This document shows, piece after piece, positions 35,850-50,574 of a stretch of 64,000 bases of DNA (position 1 is the stretch's first letter; each line of letters begins with the position of its first letter). The stretch lies in the NCBI RefSeq assembly GCF_009914755.1, contig NC_060925.1; one strand, 5' to 3'. Under the pieces are notes generated by a model, which worked only from the letters and a program-made list of their open reading frames with translations, was not told the DNA's origin and did not search any database. This stretch comes from the human T2T-CHM13v2.0 reference genome, Homo sapiens. The position numbers and the translations under genes are program-made.

Positions 35850-36420
35850 GTCAGCCTTTCATTTAGCCATCATTTATTGTCTACTTTGTGTCAGGCACTG
35901 GGTACAAAGATGAGTAAGGAAGTTGATATCTAGAGGGAAGAGGGATGAAAAATGGATCATTACAATCCAGGGTTAATACTACTGTGATATAGGAATACTG
36001 ATGAGGAATACTTAACCCAGACAGAGTGTGAGGGAAGGGTTCCTGCGAAGAGGAGGTTATTTCTGCGCTGAGTCGCAAATGGCAAATTGGACTTAGCCAA
36101 GTAGGGAATAAGGGGGAAATCATTCCAGGCAGATAGAGCTGCATGTGCAAAGGCCCTGAGGCCTTGAGAGCTGGTAGGAGCTGAACATCACAAATGCTTC
36201 CTTCCTTCTGTTTGGAGCACGGGTGTGAAGAATGGCCCTGAGGATTAAGAGGGGTCAGATTGCAAAACACTGGGCATGCCATGGAAGGGGGTTTGGTTTC
36301 ACCTTAAAAGATGTGAGGGAGCCAAGGAAGGCTTTTAAGTGGGGCAGGGGAGCATGGTCCAGTTAGAGGGCTGTTCAATAATGCAGGTGAGAAATGATTG
36401 GGGCCAATAGCAACAGTGGC
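35850..36420 (-). mobile_element. L2 3' fragment
   Basis: catttattgtctactttgtgtcaggcactggg ... cattccaggcaga..gcatgtgcaaaggccctgagg. Confidence 0.7.
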
Positions 36421-38624
36421 ACTTCTCCTGAGGCATCTATCGTACATTGCCTTGTTATTTGTGTACATATTTTAAAATTTCCTGAAATGTCTTACCTCTC
36501 TTATTCTCACCAAGTTGTAAACTCTTTGAAGATAAGTGCTAGACCTTAATCTTTTCTATGTCAAAACCTTTTCTGCCAGGATCTGCTCTGGTATCAGCAG
36601 AACCAGAGACAGTGAAAAAATGGGGACTAGCCTAGAAGCAGTAGGCAAGAGGGAGCTCCCCAGCCAAAAGAGAGAAAGGAATGTGAGGTTTCTTTTCACT
36701 CCGACCCCACACTTCCTGCAGCCCAGCTGGGTTCCCGCTCTAGTTTCTGAGAAGCAAGGTCTGAGTCACCTCTTTCTTCCTAAACTCCCCTCTTCCCCAA
36801 AGGGATTGGAAGGCTGGAGGGGTACTGAGTAGGAAGGATAGCAGGCAGCACCATCTGATTCTATCCCCTTCTTGCCATACAGACAAACGGCAGCGATACT
36901 GACAATGGCCAAGCCCTGAAGACCCTAGCCAGAATGTAACGTCCACCTCTCATCCCTGGGACCCGGCTTCCACTGGGGTGGAATTTCGCTTGGAGAGTAG
37001 GCAGAGGGGGGTGAAATTAGCCTTGAGAAGCTGGGTGGGAGGTGTGGGGAGGAGGGCTTGAGGGAAGGCAGGGAGTGGAATCAAATAATTTGAACCACTT
37101 CTCGGGTTACCGGGCTCTTCCCTGTCTTTCTGGTAATTGCTTGTTTACTCACTTCCTGGTTCTCAGAGGCTGTTGGACTCCTGCTGTTCTGGGAGTTGTG
37201 GGCTTACCTGACCCCCCTCCTCCCCACACCTTCTCCACTGTATAGAACCTACTGGGAAGGAACAAAGACCAGAGTTCAAGTCCTAATGAGGTCTCCAGTG
37301 AGGCAGAGATGATAGTCTTCATTTGGTACCAGGCAGAGAGATGCTGAAATCCCAGAACCAGCCCTTAAATTGGCTGTTGGCCTGGTACTCAGAATGAGTA
37401 CCCCTGGGAGGTGGGCAAGCTTCTGGAACCTGGTTTCTGGGAGAGGGGCTCTAAGTGCAAGGGCCCTACTGGGCCTATTTTGTCCCTAACCTACAGTCCC
37501 TCCCCAAGAGAGCATCTGAGTGCTGTGATTTAATAAATAATAAAAGTCAGAGTAAGGATATATGATAAACACAAATACGCATATTGTACCCATAAAGAAA
37601 ACAGTAGACAAATAAATCCTCCTATCTGACTATAACTGGTAAGAGCTTGTACAAATGTTCCCAAAAGGAGACAGATATTAGCCCCTTCATTAGTTAAGGT
37701 CCTTATCTGCATTTCTATGGTGAGGGATGATCATGTATTCATTTAAGTATGACTCTGTGCCTCTGGAGACAGAGATTCTGCGAAAACATTGATTAGGGGT
37801 AGGACCTTGCTAGAAAAAGTCATAGGTGTGCAATTCATATCTTCTAATTAAAGCACATTATCACTTACTTACAAATGGTTAGGGCTTTAATAAACTAACC
37901 CCTTAGGAGACCCTAGCTAGGTCAAAAAACAAAGATAATTTTCTATAGAAGGGTCAACATAAAACTAATGGAAGAGTTTACTATTGCTTTTCCTTAGGCA
38001 CATTAGGTCCTTAAGGACTCTTAGCCTTGATCTCTAAGTTCAGGTCTCCCCTTTGGCCAGGGCCCTAGGGAGGCCATGAGTCCTTGGGAAAGTGAAAGCA
38101 AAGCTGAATCTCCAATGGCATCTGGGACATCTCTGCCCCTTCCTTCTCTGTACTGTACCCTATCCTCAGCAGCACTTGTGGCTCCCCCAAAGCCATGTTT
38201 TCCCAGTCTTCCCCTGCCTGGGCCACCCTTCCCATTTACCTGCTGGGCCAATGAATCCTTGCAGACTTTTCTACTTGATGTAATGATTTGTTCACGTTTC
38301 TTTGCTTGACCAGACTGTACCCTCTCCACCTCTAAATCATATTCATCTCCTTATCCCTCGAATCTAGCCCAGAACCTGGCAGATGCTAGGGACTAGATGT
38401 TGTCTGGGGAGACTCTAGTTCTAGTTCAGTCATTCACAATCTGTGTGACTTTCAGCAGGCCTTTTAATCTTTTTGTTTCTTAGCTTCTTCATTTTAAAAT
38501 AAATCTTGCCAATTCCAACTTACACGGTTACAAATTAAAAATGAGACAACTGTGGAAGTGCTGAACAAAACGCCAGGTGGTGGAGGTGGTAGGAGGGGCG
38601 CTTAGCTCCAAGCGAAGACATATT

Positions 38625-38930
38625 TGTCTTAGTCTGCTCTGGCTGCCATAACAAAATACCACAGAGTGGTTTAAGCAAAAAAATGTATTTCTCATAGTTC
38701 CGGAGCCTGGAAATCTGAGATCAGGGTGCCAGCATGGTCAGGTTCTGTTGAGGGCTTTGTTTCTGGCTTGCAGATGGCCGCCTTCTTGCTGTACCCTCAC
38801 ATGGCAGAGGAGAGAGCGAGCTCCTAAAGACCCTATTTCCAGATATAGTCACATTAGGGGTTAGAGCTTCAACACATATGAATTTTGGGGAAGCATATCC
38901 ATTCCACAGCAATGCTGAAGGAGATTCATC
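38625..38930. mobile_element. MLT1A/B-type MaLR LTR
   Basis: tgtcttagtctgctctggctgccataacaaaataccacaga ... gggttagagcttcaacacatatgaattttgggg. Confidence 0.75.
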
Positions 38931-39759
38931 AGCACATAGCCCTTCAGTCCTGTTCCCACCTCCTACAGCTTGCAAATCTGAAGCACCCCACCAACTCCGT
39001 ATTGCAACTACAGTAATCATGACTTGTATACCAATTTATAGATGTTTCAATAACTAAAGCATTTGTATAACATATCCTATGGCTTACGAAGAATATTTCA
39101 TACAGTCTAATCTCATTTTCACAACTATCATCTCACAGATGAGAAAAGCAAGGCCCCAATGGCCAGCCCAATCTTATTTCCAGGTCCTTTAACTGTATAC
39201 CTTCAAACTCTTTAGGCCACACCAAAGTACTCGGCTGTAACCACTTCAAAGAAAACAGGGCTCTAAGAGCTGGTGAAGTCTAAACTCTTCAGTTCCTCCA
39301 CTGTGACCACAGCTGACCGTCTTTACTTGTTCTATTCGCTCCCATATGAATCCTTTCTTTGTGCTCTAGAATTTTATGGAGTGGAAAATATATATGGAAC
39401 GAGACAACATTCTTAGAGGAAAGGACTTTACAAATGCGAAGTATTAATATTTTGTTTGATATGGGCACTATTTTCAAAGGACCCTGCATACTTTCTGTGT
39501 TTCTTTGGGATGCCCTGCCCACCCAGGACAACTGAAGGAGCCGCTCTGGTTTTAATTGCAGCAATTCACCAGACAGTTTAGAACTTTCTACGTGCCAGGG
39601 CCTCTGTCCCCTGCAGAAGCTCACATTCCAAACAAGTCAGGTGTAGGCTCCGCTCCTAGAGAGGGACGGTGTGAACAGAGCTAACTGGGTCGGCCTCTCT
39701 CCTTCCGACCTCCTACTCCCCTCCCAACACCTCCTCGCCCAGAACGTCTCAATTCTGAC

Positions 39760-40930
39760 CCAGACACCCTGGGAGGCCGAGAGGCTCCTTTTGGATCTGC
39801 AATACACCCTCCTCACCACAACCAACAGACAAAACGCGCGAGTGCCGTGCAAGGTGGAAACCCTTCCCTCCGGGGGGCGATCGCCCCAGTAGGGTGAAGC
39901 AGGCCTCTTTGTTCACGGGATGCCTCGCTAGCAAGCCGGCGGCGGGGGCGTTCCCTGGACCGTGAGACCCCGGCTCCCGAGGACGCCTCCCGTGCCGCCG
40001 CTTCCCTCAAGCCCAGTGCCGCCAGCGGCCAGAGCTCCGGATTCCTGCCGCCCCCAGCCCACCGGCAAGAGCTGGCTTCATTTTCCCAGTCCCCCTTTCA
40101 TCTGGCCGCACAGGCAGAGCACCGTCCGCTAAGGTCTCCTCCCATCCCAGCAGGAAGGGCGGGGAGACCCGCGGAGGATTTAAAGGGGCGCGGAGGTCAG
40201 GAGGGCTGGGGGCGGCTCCGCGGAGAAAATGGGGCGCGCTCGTCCTCTCCCGCAGCCTCGGCCGCCGCGAAGCTTCCTCCCAGCTCCCGCCTTTCCGGGC
40301 CCGGCGGGCCGAGGGGGAAGGGAGGCTTCCTGCGCCGGCGCCCGCGGCTGCCCCAGTGAGGTCCCGCCCGAGAGCAGGCCCAGGCGGGGGCTGGGCGCGC
40401 GGCGCGGCGCTGCGGGCTGGAGGGCGGGGGCGGGGCCCGCCGCTTTTAGAGTCACCTCCCGCGCGCCGCGGCCGCCGTTGCCAGGGTGACCGGGGGAGCT
40501 CCGTTGTGGGGAGGCGGCCGCGGCGGGTACCGGTGGGCGGAGCTCAGCGGGCGGGGCGGGGCGGGGCGGGGGCGGGGGCGGGGGGAGCTTCCTCGTCGTC
40601 ATGGGAACGGCGCAGTTATTTCCAGCCCCCGGGCCGTGCCAGTGGCGCGGTGCCAGGATGCGAGAGTATTGCAGGACAGCGGCAATCTGCTGCGACCTGG
40701 GACATAACAATGCGCCCCTTCTGCAGCGCTGGGCCCGCCGGCGAGAGGTCTCGCTGGTCTGAGGGGCTGGGGCCGCCCCCGCGCGTCGTGTCTCCTCTCG
40801 GCGCTCTTCGGCTCGGAGCCTGGCGGCTCAGCGCGCTCCCGGCTGCACGTGCTGCCCCCGCCGCCGCCCACGCCAGACAAAGCGGGGCCCTCCCGGGCGT
40901 GTTTCCTAGGCGCCCCCTTCCCTCGATGAA
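39760..40930. promoter_or_regulatory. Orphan CpG island ~16 kb downstream of the IER5 TSS (promoter/enhancer-like)
   Basis: High GC/CpG, tandem GC boxes, four GCGGGGGCG (EGR) sites, TTTAAA at 40179-40184; no credible CDS. Confidence 0.85.
40549..40585 (+). repeat. (GGGGC)n GC-box array / G-quadruplex-forming sequence
   Basis: GGG C GGGG C GGGG C GGGG C GGGGG C GGGGG C GGGGGG: seven G tracts with 1-nt loops. Confidence 0.85.
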
Positions 40931-43900
40931 CCCTTTGATTTCTTCCTTCTTCTCTCTCACTTCGTTCCAGCCCCCTCAACTGCCTCCTGGAGCGCCTTTT
41001 TTGTGTGCTCGCCATCTCACGTTTGGCCCTCTCTCCAAAGCTCTGCCTTCACGAACGCCTCCATTTGACCTTCCCCCTCCGCCACTCTCTGGTCTCCTTT
41101 GGTAGCTTTATCATTACATTTGATGGAAGGGCGACTCTCCCCTCTCCTATTTTCAGCTCCACATTACCTTTTGTATTGTCCTCTCCCCTTCCTATTGGCA
41201 TCTTCTTTCTGTCCTTGCCCTTTTCAAGACTCTTCCAGAAACTCTCTTGATGTCTCTGCCTCTTTTCACGGTTTCCTTTCCACTTTTTCTTTTCTCTCTG
41301 GGCTGTGGGACAGCAGAAGGGAGATTGCAAATGGCTACCTAGATTGAGTGCCCCTTTTACCTCACTGACGCCATCCTTTTTTCTGTCACCTTGAGGTCAC
41401 ATTATTTGGGCACCTTGATGAGGCTTTGGGGATTCTACTGCCGTTGCTGCCATTAGCAGTCTCTTTGCTTGGAAGCTTAAATGAAGGAAATTTCTGGGAA
41501 CTGGTCAAAGACTCCTGAAATGCACCTTGAGGACTAAACATCTCTCTCCCTCCATCTCTGCTTGGTTACTCTGGTTTGTTTCGAACACCGGCTGCTTCTT
41601 CCCACTTCTTGACTCCCTGCACCCCTACCCGCCCCCCCAGCAATCACATTGTTCATCCCTTTGGCACCAGCCCTAGAGAGGAAAGGGTAGGTCCTCCTCT
41701 CCAGGAAGGAAGGTGGGGCAGAGTAGCTCCCGCAGGAAGGGAAGGAAAAAGGAGGGAAGGAAGGAAGTGGCCAACAGAAGGTGGAATCCGGTGGGAGGAC
41801 TTTTCATTGTTTGAACGTCTTTCCTTTTTAGCTCTGCAAAGTCAAGCCCAAGGCCATCTCACCAAGGTTCTGCTGCCATCTCCCAGAACCCCAGCTAGGA
41901 CTCCCTTGCCAGAGGCTGGAGGGGGCTGAGGTTTTGGTGGACATATTTAAGTGAAGTGGGCAGAGTTTCATGTATGCTGCAAATTGTAAGCACTTACATT
42001 TTTAATGTATCCATCTTCTGTTTCTTTTCTGTCCAACAAAGTCAGCTTTTATCTTCCCTTTTCTCCAGGGGGAAAAAAAAAAAGAAAAACTCCAGGGTAG
42101 AATTATGCCTCAGGTAAGGAAAATGTATCTACCATTTCCTGAGGACCTTCTACCTGTGAATCTGCTCTTATGTTCTGTAATACTTTACATTTGCATAGGG
42201 CTTTTTTCCCTGAGTTTTAAAGGGAAAGGCTGAGTTTTAAAGTTAGTGGGTAAAAGGAACCAAGTAGGGTTGCGATAAGGGTTGAGATGAAGTAGTGGAA
42301 ATGGGAGCTCTTTAAAACTAAATACTCATGAATACTGCTCTCCAATATTTCCCCACCTTTTTTGTAGCCTAGGCTTAGGGCCAAATGCAAGCCCCAAGAA
42401 CACAGGCAAGGAAGTGCTTTTGTCCTTTCTAGGCATGTGATCCAGTACCAAAGATGCTTAGTTATGAACGAAGAGAAGTTTGTGGTATGACTATTCTTTT
42501 GCATAGTGTATCTTTGCATCTCCATTCACTTAATACCCGAATACCTAGAAAACTGCCAGCCAGGCTTTGGTTCATTGTCAGTGTCTTGTTCCTTGAAAGC
42601 CCTAGAAGGACAAAAAAATTAGCTATGCTTTGGAAGACTTTGTCTGAAACCTACACTAGGTTTCAGACAAGGTCATCCAACCTTCTGGATTAGTTAACTG
42701 TGTCCTGAACACTGAGCAGAGGCCAGAGGGAGTGGGGTTTTGTTTTTCTCATCCTGGGGAAGCTCATCCTTGTGCTCTGCAAGTGTGTGCTCTGGGGAGA
42801 GAGTGTTATCAACACTTCCATGGTGTGGGATGGGGTGGGGGTCAGGAAGGGGGCCAACAACTTTAGAAGGCTTTCTTTTGTTTTCTGTTTTAAGTTGCTG
42901 TCTTGGTGATGGGAAGATATGAAAGGGTGGACACCTGGCTGTTGGAGTTGGGACAAGTATGAGCAGAGCTGTGGGGCTTGGCTTCCTTTCCTACTGGCTC
43001 ATTTCCCCGGGGAGGGGAAGATAGTGGTCTAGAGGGAATTTGCTATCCCTTTCAATCAGCAAACGGACCTGCAAGCCAGTTTGCCTGGGCACTTAGGGCA
43101 CTGAGTTTGGGGCACCTCAGGGAGCTTATACTCTCCCAGAAAACACAAGCCCTGCAAACAGTTCTCTGGTCATTGTGTGGAGCAGGTGTGGGATGCAGAG
43201 GTAGGGCAGATTCCCCGTAAATAGAAGACAGGATTTTCTCATAAACAGAGGTCTCAACTATGAGGGGGAGCTGGGCTTCCTTAGGCATTCCTAGTTATGG
43301 AGATGGTCGAGGAGCCTGGGCTGGAAGTTAGCCTGTCAGAAATTCTGCAGCGTTGTGTTTCTGTGCTGGGTAGGGGTGAACTGATGGCCCACATGGTCCC
43401 GTCTGACTTCAAGATTCTGCAATTTTGAAATATACTAATGATCCTAGGCAGCATGTGATGAATAGCTTGAGCTTTACTAGGGATTCCATTCATCAAATAT
43501 TTATTGAGTGTGTACTTTGTACTGCAGCTCTGCTAGACGCTGTAGGAGATTCAGAGGTATGAACAATAGGGTTTAAGATCTTTGCAGAGGCCGCTAACAC
43601 TTGGAATACAGTGAGGCAGGAAGGGGGTTCCAGGCCAGAATGAGTGGTCCTGCCCCACATTACCACCCCATCAAAACCAGACAGTCAGCATTCTCTTAAC
43701 ACCAGTGCCCTGTGATTTGTTTCTTCCTGAGATGCTGGTTTCAAAGATTTCCAGGGACTTTGATCTGCAGGATGGGGGCAGAAGAGAGAAACCGTGTTAA
43801 TCCAGAGAGAAAGGCAGAGCGTGTGGGGTTGTGTCTCTAAGGGTGAACGCTGAGTGAGGATAGAGTCCCTCCTGTCAGGATGTGCCAGGATGGGGCAGGC

Positions 43901-46242
43901 ATGAGAACCGGGAAGAAAATGAGGTGGAAATGAATGGGCCCCTGTAGGAGGAGGTAATGAGGTGAATCAGAAAAATCTGTCACTGAGATCCAGGAAGCGA
44001 CTGGGAGGTTTACTCTCTCTTGGTCCTTTTAAAGATGAGATGTGTCAATTTGAGAACCTGGACTCATGAAGACAGATCTACCAGGCGCCAGGGATGGAGC
44101 GGGTGGGAGCTTGCTGTAGCTGCTGTGCAAAATGGTAAGATCCCCATACTTGGGCAGCCTGGAATTGGCCCTGGGGCCCATCTCTCGTTTACCATCTTTG
44201 GCAAAAGGAGTCCTGCTGAACCCCAAGAACTCCTTCCCTGGCCAGTGCTCAGTGCCCCCATCCCCATCAGCAGCCCCCTGGGAAGAGTCCAGGTATCTGT
44301 AGGGACTCTCAGGACTTGTAAGCCAGAGAGAGCTGTGGGGAGGGGGTGGAGGTGACCACTGCAGAATGGTGAATGTCTGGGGAAATGAATGTGTCCCTTT
44401 CAAGGATTCTGATTGGCTCAGTTGTTCAGGGGAGCAACTCAGGAATCAGTTTCATTAGACTCCTTAGCATCTTCAGGGATGCAAACCTCTGCTTTGTTGG
44501 TTTATGTCTGTGTGTGTCCTGGAATAACCTCCCTCTACCACAGCTGTGGACACTCTCAGAATCCTATGCCCAGAATGTCCTTCAGGGGATCATTTCTTGT
44601 AGCTTGGGAAGGACCTGGGTGTGATTTGAAGGGTCTCAGGAGGAGGGGCAGGCACTCACATGCCCCTAACCATGTCTCCTACTAGCCTGTAGCTTCTTTG
44701 GGGACATTGGTCTAGTTTTGAGGCATGATTTTGGGTACCCATTGAAATGCAAATGCTGCCTCTGCACTCCTGATGACTGTGTGCTGTAAGTTGCAGAGCA
44801 GCAGGCACAGAAAAGGGCCACCCAGCACAGACCAAGAGCCTGAAGGAATGGGATCTGGGACCAGGGAATGATGGGGATGGGGACAGGTCCAGGGAGGAAA
44901 AAAACAAATAAACATGGGGGTTAGGGTTAGAAGCCTTCTTTGCTGTCTGCGCTTCATCTCTGGTGAGCTTGAAGGACTCTGGAGCTGCCCCCGGGTCCTG
45001 GCTTGCAGGATAGAGGTGCTCAGCCATCTCTGAACCATAGGGCCTGTGGACCTGACTCTGTGGCCTGGGATATCTGGGAACCTCCGTGAGGTAGATGGGG
45101 GCTGGAGTGAGATTTTATTCTACCTTGAATATGAGAATAGGAAGGCTACTTCTGGGAGTTTTGCTCCTGTCTGCATTCAGATCACCTCAGCTTTCTTTGC
45201 TTTGAAGAATGAACAGAAGCCAGGGGCTCCATTTGACAAGGGCTCTGCGGGGGAATTGTGGGATGTGGTTGTGAGCTGCAGGGAGCCCTTCTCCTGCCCA
45301 GATGATGGATGTGACAACCCTCTGCAAGAGAGGCAGCCAGATGCCAGTTGCTTTTCTGGTGTTAGCTCTCACTGGTGGGGTTCAGCTAGAAAGCCCTGGC
45401 AGGTATCATATGCAAACCAAATGAGGGCCAGAGGCACCTGGCCTGAACCCAGGGTCCTCAATGCCAGACACCTGGGAGTTCCCCTGCAAAGGGTAAGGCA
45501 GTGGAGGGGAGGGGCTGAGCTGGAAGCTGAAAGAGATGGGGCAGAGGATGGACTCTTCAGCCCCAGAGGAACTGGTCTTAAGCCTGTTGCACTAGTCAGA
45601 GTGACCAAGAGGGAGCCCCCATGCCCGCGTGCATAATCAAGTTCTGAGAGCTGAGTGATTAACGTGTAACTCTGGCAACTCAGATCTGGCCATTTTTGGT
45701 TACTCCAAGGCCACTGAGCCTTCCTCCTGAGGTTCCCTGCATTTCCCATCTCCACCTGTCAACCTCTGTGTTGGACTGTTTGGTTTTATCTGCATCCTTA
45801 GCTGACACGTTCAAGAGCTAATTGAGCTTAGAGGGTGAAAAGAGGCTCACCTTCACTTTCAGGATTAAATTCAAATTCTCCAGTACTAGATATTCAAGCC
45901 TTTGTGGTCCATTCCCTGCCTACTTTTACTGCCTCATCTTTTGACACCATCCCACATGCATGGCACCTTCTAGTCCAAACACATGGAGGTGTTTGTAGTT
46001 TTCCAGAGGATGGTCTACTGTCATTCTGCTGTGTCTTTGCCCATGCTGTTCACTCTCCCTGGAGCATATCCTTCCCTTCTCCCAATCCAGAGATGCCTGG
46101 CTCTTCCTATGAGGCCTTTGAAAGAACTTGTGGCTCGTCTTTTCCAGAGTTACTTTCCCGATGCCCCATGTCTCCCCATTCTGGGGTAAGAGGTCCCTTC
46201 TCTGTTCTCCCAGTCAACCCAGTCACGGCAGTTATCTATTAG

Positions 46243-46623
<381 letters not shown>

Positions 46624-46899
46624 TAGCACTGTGCCTGATACAGAATCATCACTTGTTTATTTGTTTAGTTGCCAGTTGTCCGTGTCCTCCCCACCCCCAC
46701 TAGAATTTAAGCTCCATGAGAGCAAAGATCTTGTCTTCTTCATTCACTGCTAAACCCCAATGTCTAGCACATAGTGGGCCTGCCATAAATATTTGTTGAA
46801 TGAATGCATGGAAGTCATGAGCTGTGATTCACATTTGGATCCTCCCCTGAGTGCCCCAGTGACCTCGTGTAAGTTCCTCAGTATACTTAGGATGGTGTG

Positions 46900-47317
46900 C
46901 GTGTGTGTGGGGAGTTGTGGTGGGACCTGTGTTTAGTGCACAGCCTTATGGACCACTTCAAGTCTTCTCTGTCTGAAATCTTCCAGCCTCTGCTCCTGTG
47001 GCCAGTTCTGTGCAGGATTCCCAGCTTTGTGCATGTACAACTCAGAAGTATGGAGGAGTTCGTACCTTGTGGATGAATGCTTCCCCCCATTCTTTTCCCG
47101 GTGGATCATCTTAAGATGAGTTTCAGTTTCCTCAGACGGTCTTGCAGGGTTGCAGGGTTGGTTACCAGTTGATCCTTAGCCATAGACAGCTTCATAATGA
47201 ATCCTATTGACTCTCTGTCCCCTGTTTCTGCCTCCTGGGATTATATTCCCAAACGCACTACTTGCACGTAAGCCTTTGTCTCAGGTTCTGCTTTTCGGGG
47301 GAACTCAGGTGAAGACA
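46900..47317. mobile_element. LTR16-like ERVL LTR relic
   Basis: 3' end ctcaggttctgcttttcggggaactcaggtgaagaca resembles the LTR16 family. Confidence 0.45.
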
Positions 47318-49072
47318 ATCAGGTTCCACTCTTGGCTCTGCTACTAACTAGTTCTATTTTTGGGTAAAACCATTTCACCTGTCTGCTTCTGTTTCTTCAG
47401 CTGAAAAATGAATATCATTGCCTACCACACAAGGTTTTTTGTAATATTTGATAATTCAATATATGTGAGAATGTCCGATTCAGTCCCTGCATATAGCAGG
47501 CATTCACTAAAGGTTTCTTTCTTTTCTTCCCTCGCATTGCTCTAAAAAGGCAGGTCTGGGAAGCCTGCTTGGCCTGTTGGCCTCCTGGCTGGTGAGGCCT
47601 TGTGAACAAATGCTGCTGAACATGATATCTGCTCTGGTGGGAAAGCCAAGCCAGAGGAGCAAAGGGTGACTAGGCCAGATGACTCAGGGGTTTGGCAACT
47701 GGATCATTCTCTTCAGAGCATTCTGTAAACATTGGTCAATGGAATCTTGCAACATGCCTGACAGGTGGGAGGCGGGCAGGAGCAAGGGTGTGGAGGATGT
47801 GGAGGCAGGGAGGAGGCCAAACATGTTGCTCACAGGGGCCGAGGGCAGCATGTTTAAGATGCTCCTGCAGCATGCTGGTAGGAAATGTTTTCAATGGGGG
47901 AGAGGATGGGGTGGTGACTTCTCAAGTTCTATTTCTGTCCCCTGCTTCTTTCCTGTCAACCCCATGGCCTTTCCCGGGTGGCGTCTTTTTGCTGCAGAGA
48001 AAAAATCTTCATGCACCCCATGTCCAAAGTAGCTTACAGCCCATAGCCATGAAAAGTGAGAGTACAATTTCTGGCCTTCCTATGGGAGATGAGAGAGGGA
48101 TTTGGGGGAAGGGGAGCTGCCTGGCTCCCCCTTTATTTATATATGATATACCTCCTCAGCCCACAGGTAAGGCTGGTTCTAGGCACATTAAGCCCATTGG
48201 CTCCTGGGAAGATCCTTGGGAAATGACTCAGAAGGGCTGGGTCAGCTTTCATGGTGTTTTATCTTTGAGCAGTGAGACCTCTGCTTCCCACCCTCCCTGG
48301 CAGCCTCGGCAGCCAGCTGGGGACAGTCATGCTCGCTGATTTGCAGAGGGATTCTCTTTCTCTCTGCAGCCTCCACCACCCCAAGATGAGCACGGGAAGG
48401 GGAGGTTGGTGCCAGGGTGAATGGTTGGGTGCCTCCCCCTCCACAGAGGTGGTCCATCTCCCAGAACCACCCTCCTGCACCTCCCGATGGACTAGATTCC
48501 TGCCCTGTTGGAAATCTGGCAGACATCTGGCTTTGACTGGGCCTTCTGAAGTAGCCCGGGAGGGGAAAGAGGCAATTGTCAGCAGATGATAGCCGCAGCT
48601 GGTGCTGTGCCTTTGTATCCACAGCCCCTCCACCTCCCTGTCCCTGCCCTGCTCCTTCCTTTTGGTGGCAGCCCAAGGCCTGCTCCCACCTGGCTAGCAA
48701 GTCCCTGAACTCCTTACATGCCCACCGTCAGGTCTCTGTGCCTTGTGGTCAGTTGCATTTAGAGACCTGAGGCTCCTCTCACTGCAGCCCCCCGCGGACC
48801 TCCCTTCCCTGCCCCCTAGCCAGCTACTGGCTGTGCAGGCACAAGCAGAGCAATCTGAAGAGCTGGGAACTTTCTCTGGAGGGAAGTGGCTGAGAGGGGT
48901 GGGGAGAGAGAGTGAAAACTGAAAGGGAGACCGGCAGTGAGAGAATTGTGGCCTAAATTGCCAGGACCAATCATCTCTAGGCGCCCAATTCCCAATTTGT
49001 TACATTCATCTGGGGATGAGCATTGAAATAGTCACACGTATATATTGCTTGCATATGCAGACATTCAGTGTG

Positions 49073-49845
<773 letters not shown>

Positions 49846-49979
49846 AGGAGGAGCTGCTGTAGCTGGCTGGCCAAATTTGGTCACACTCATCCTCAGCCCC
49901 AACCCTCCTTTCCAGCTATCTGATCCTCCCATACTCCAGGCCCACGGTCCACCGAGTGTATGAATTGTGTCCTTTATCA

Positions 49980-50160
49980 CAGTGGTTTTCAAAGTGTGGT
50001 TCCTGGACCAGCAGCATCAGTATCTCTTGAGGACTTGAAATGCAAATTACCGGCCCATCCCAGACCTGCTGAGTCAGAAACTTTGAGAATAGGGCTCAGC
50101 AATCTGCTCATCAAGCCCTCCAAGTGATTCTGATGCTCTCTAAGGTGTGAGAACCACTCT
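49980..50160. mobile_element. MER5A relic
   Basis: cagtggttttcaaagtgtggttcctggaccagcagcatcag ... caagccctccaagtgattctgatgc..tgagaaccact. Confidence 0.75.
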
Positions 50161-50484
50161 TTCTCATGATGTTTGCAAGAATCTGAGCAAAGAATACTTT
50201 GTCCAGGGCAGAGAGGCCAAGGCTAGCAGTGGGTAATTGCTCTAACAAGCCAGACTTCCTGGTGAACACCCTACAGCTTGCAACAGGTGCTAGAGGGTCC
50301 CACTCACTAACAACTACAACAGAGGCATCCAGAAATGCTGAGCGGACAGTTCTCACCGACATCTCTCCTAACTGGGAGTGGGATTCAACAGAGGTAGAAA
50401 CGCTCTTCCCCAAAAATGTGGTGAAGCTGGGGAAGAAAGGGGCAGTGAAAAGAGAAAGAGAAATAAGGAAAGAATACGGGAAAA

Positions 50485-50574
50485 GCTGGGCATGGTGGCT
50501 CACGCCTGTAATCACAGCACTTTGGGAGGCCAAGGCAGGCCGATCACTTGAGGTCAGGAGTTCAAGACCAGCCA
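50485..50574 (+). mobile_element. Alu 5' fragment
   Basis: First ~90 nt of an Alu. Confidence 0.75.

Noticed and set aside
40601-40626. Possible Notch sequence-paired RBPJ site (also at 50146-50168)
   Set aside because: Spacers are 12 and 7 bp rather than the required 15-17 bp.
40180-41105. ORFs of 114-249 aa in the second CpG island
   Set aside because: Open in several frames on both strands because of GC content; no recognisable domain.
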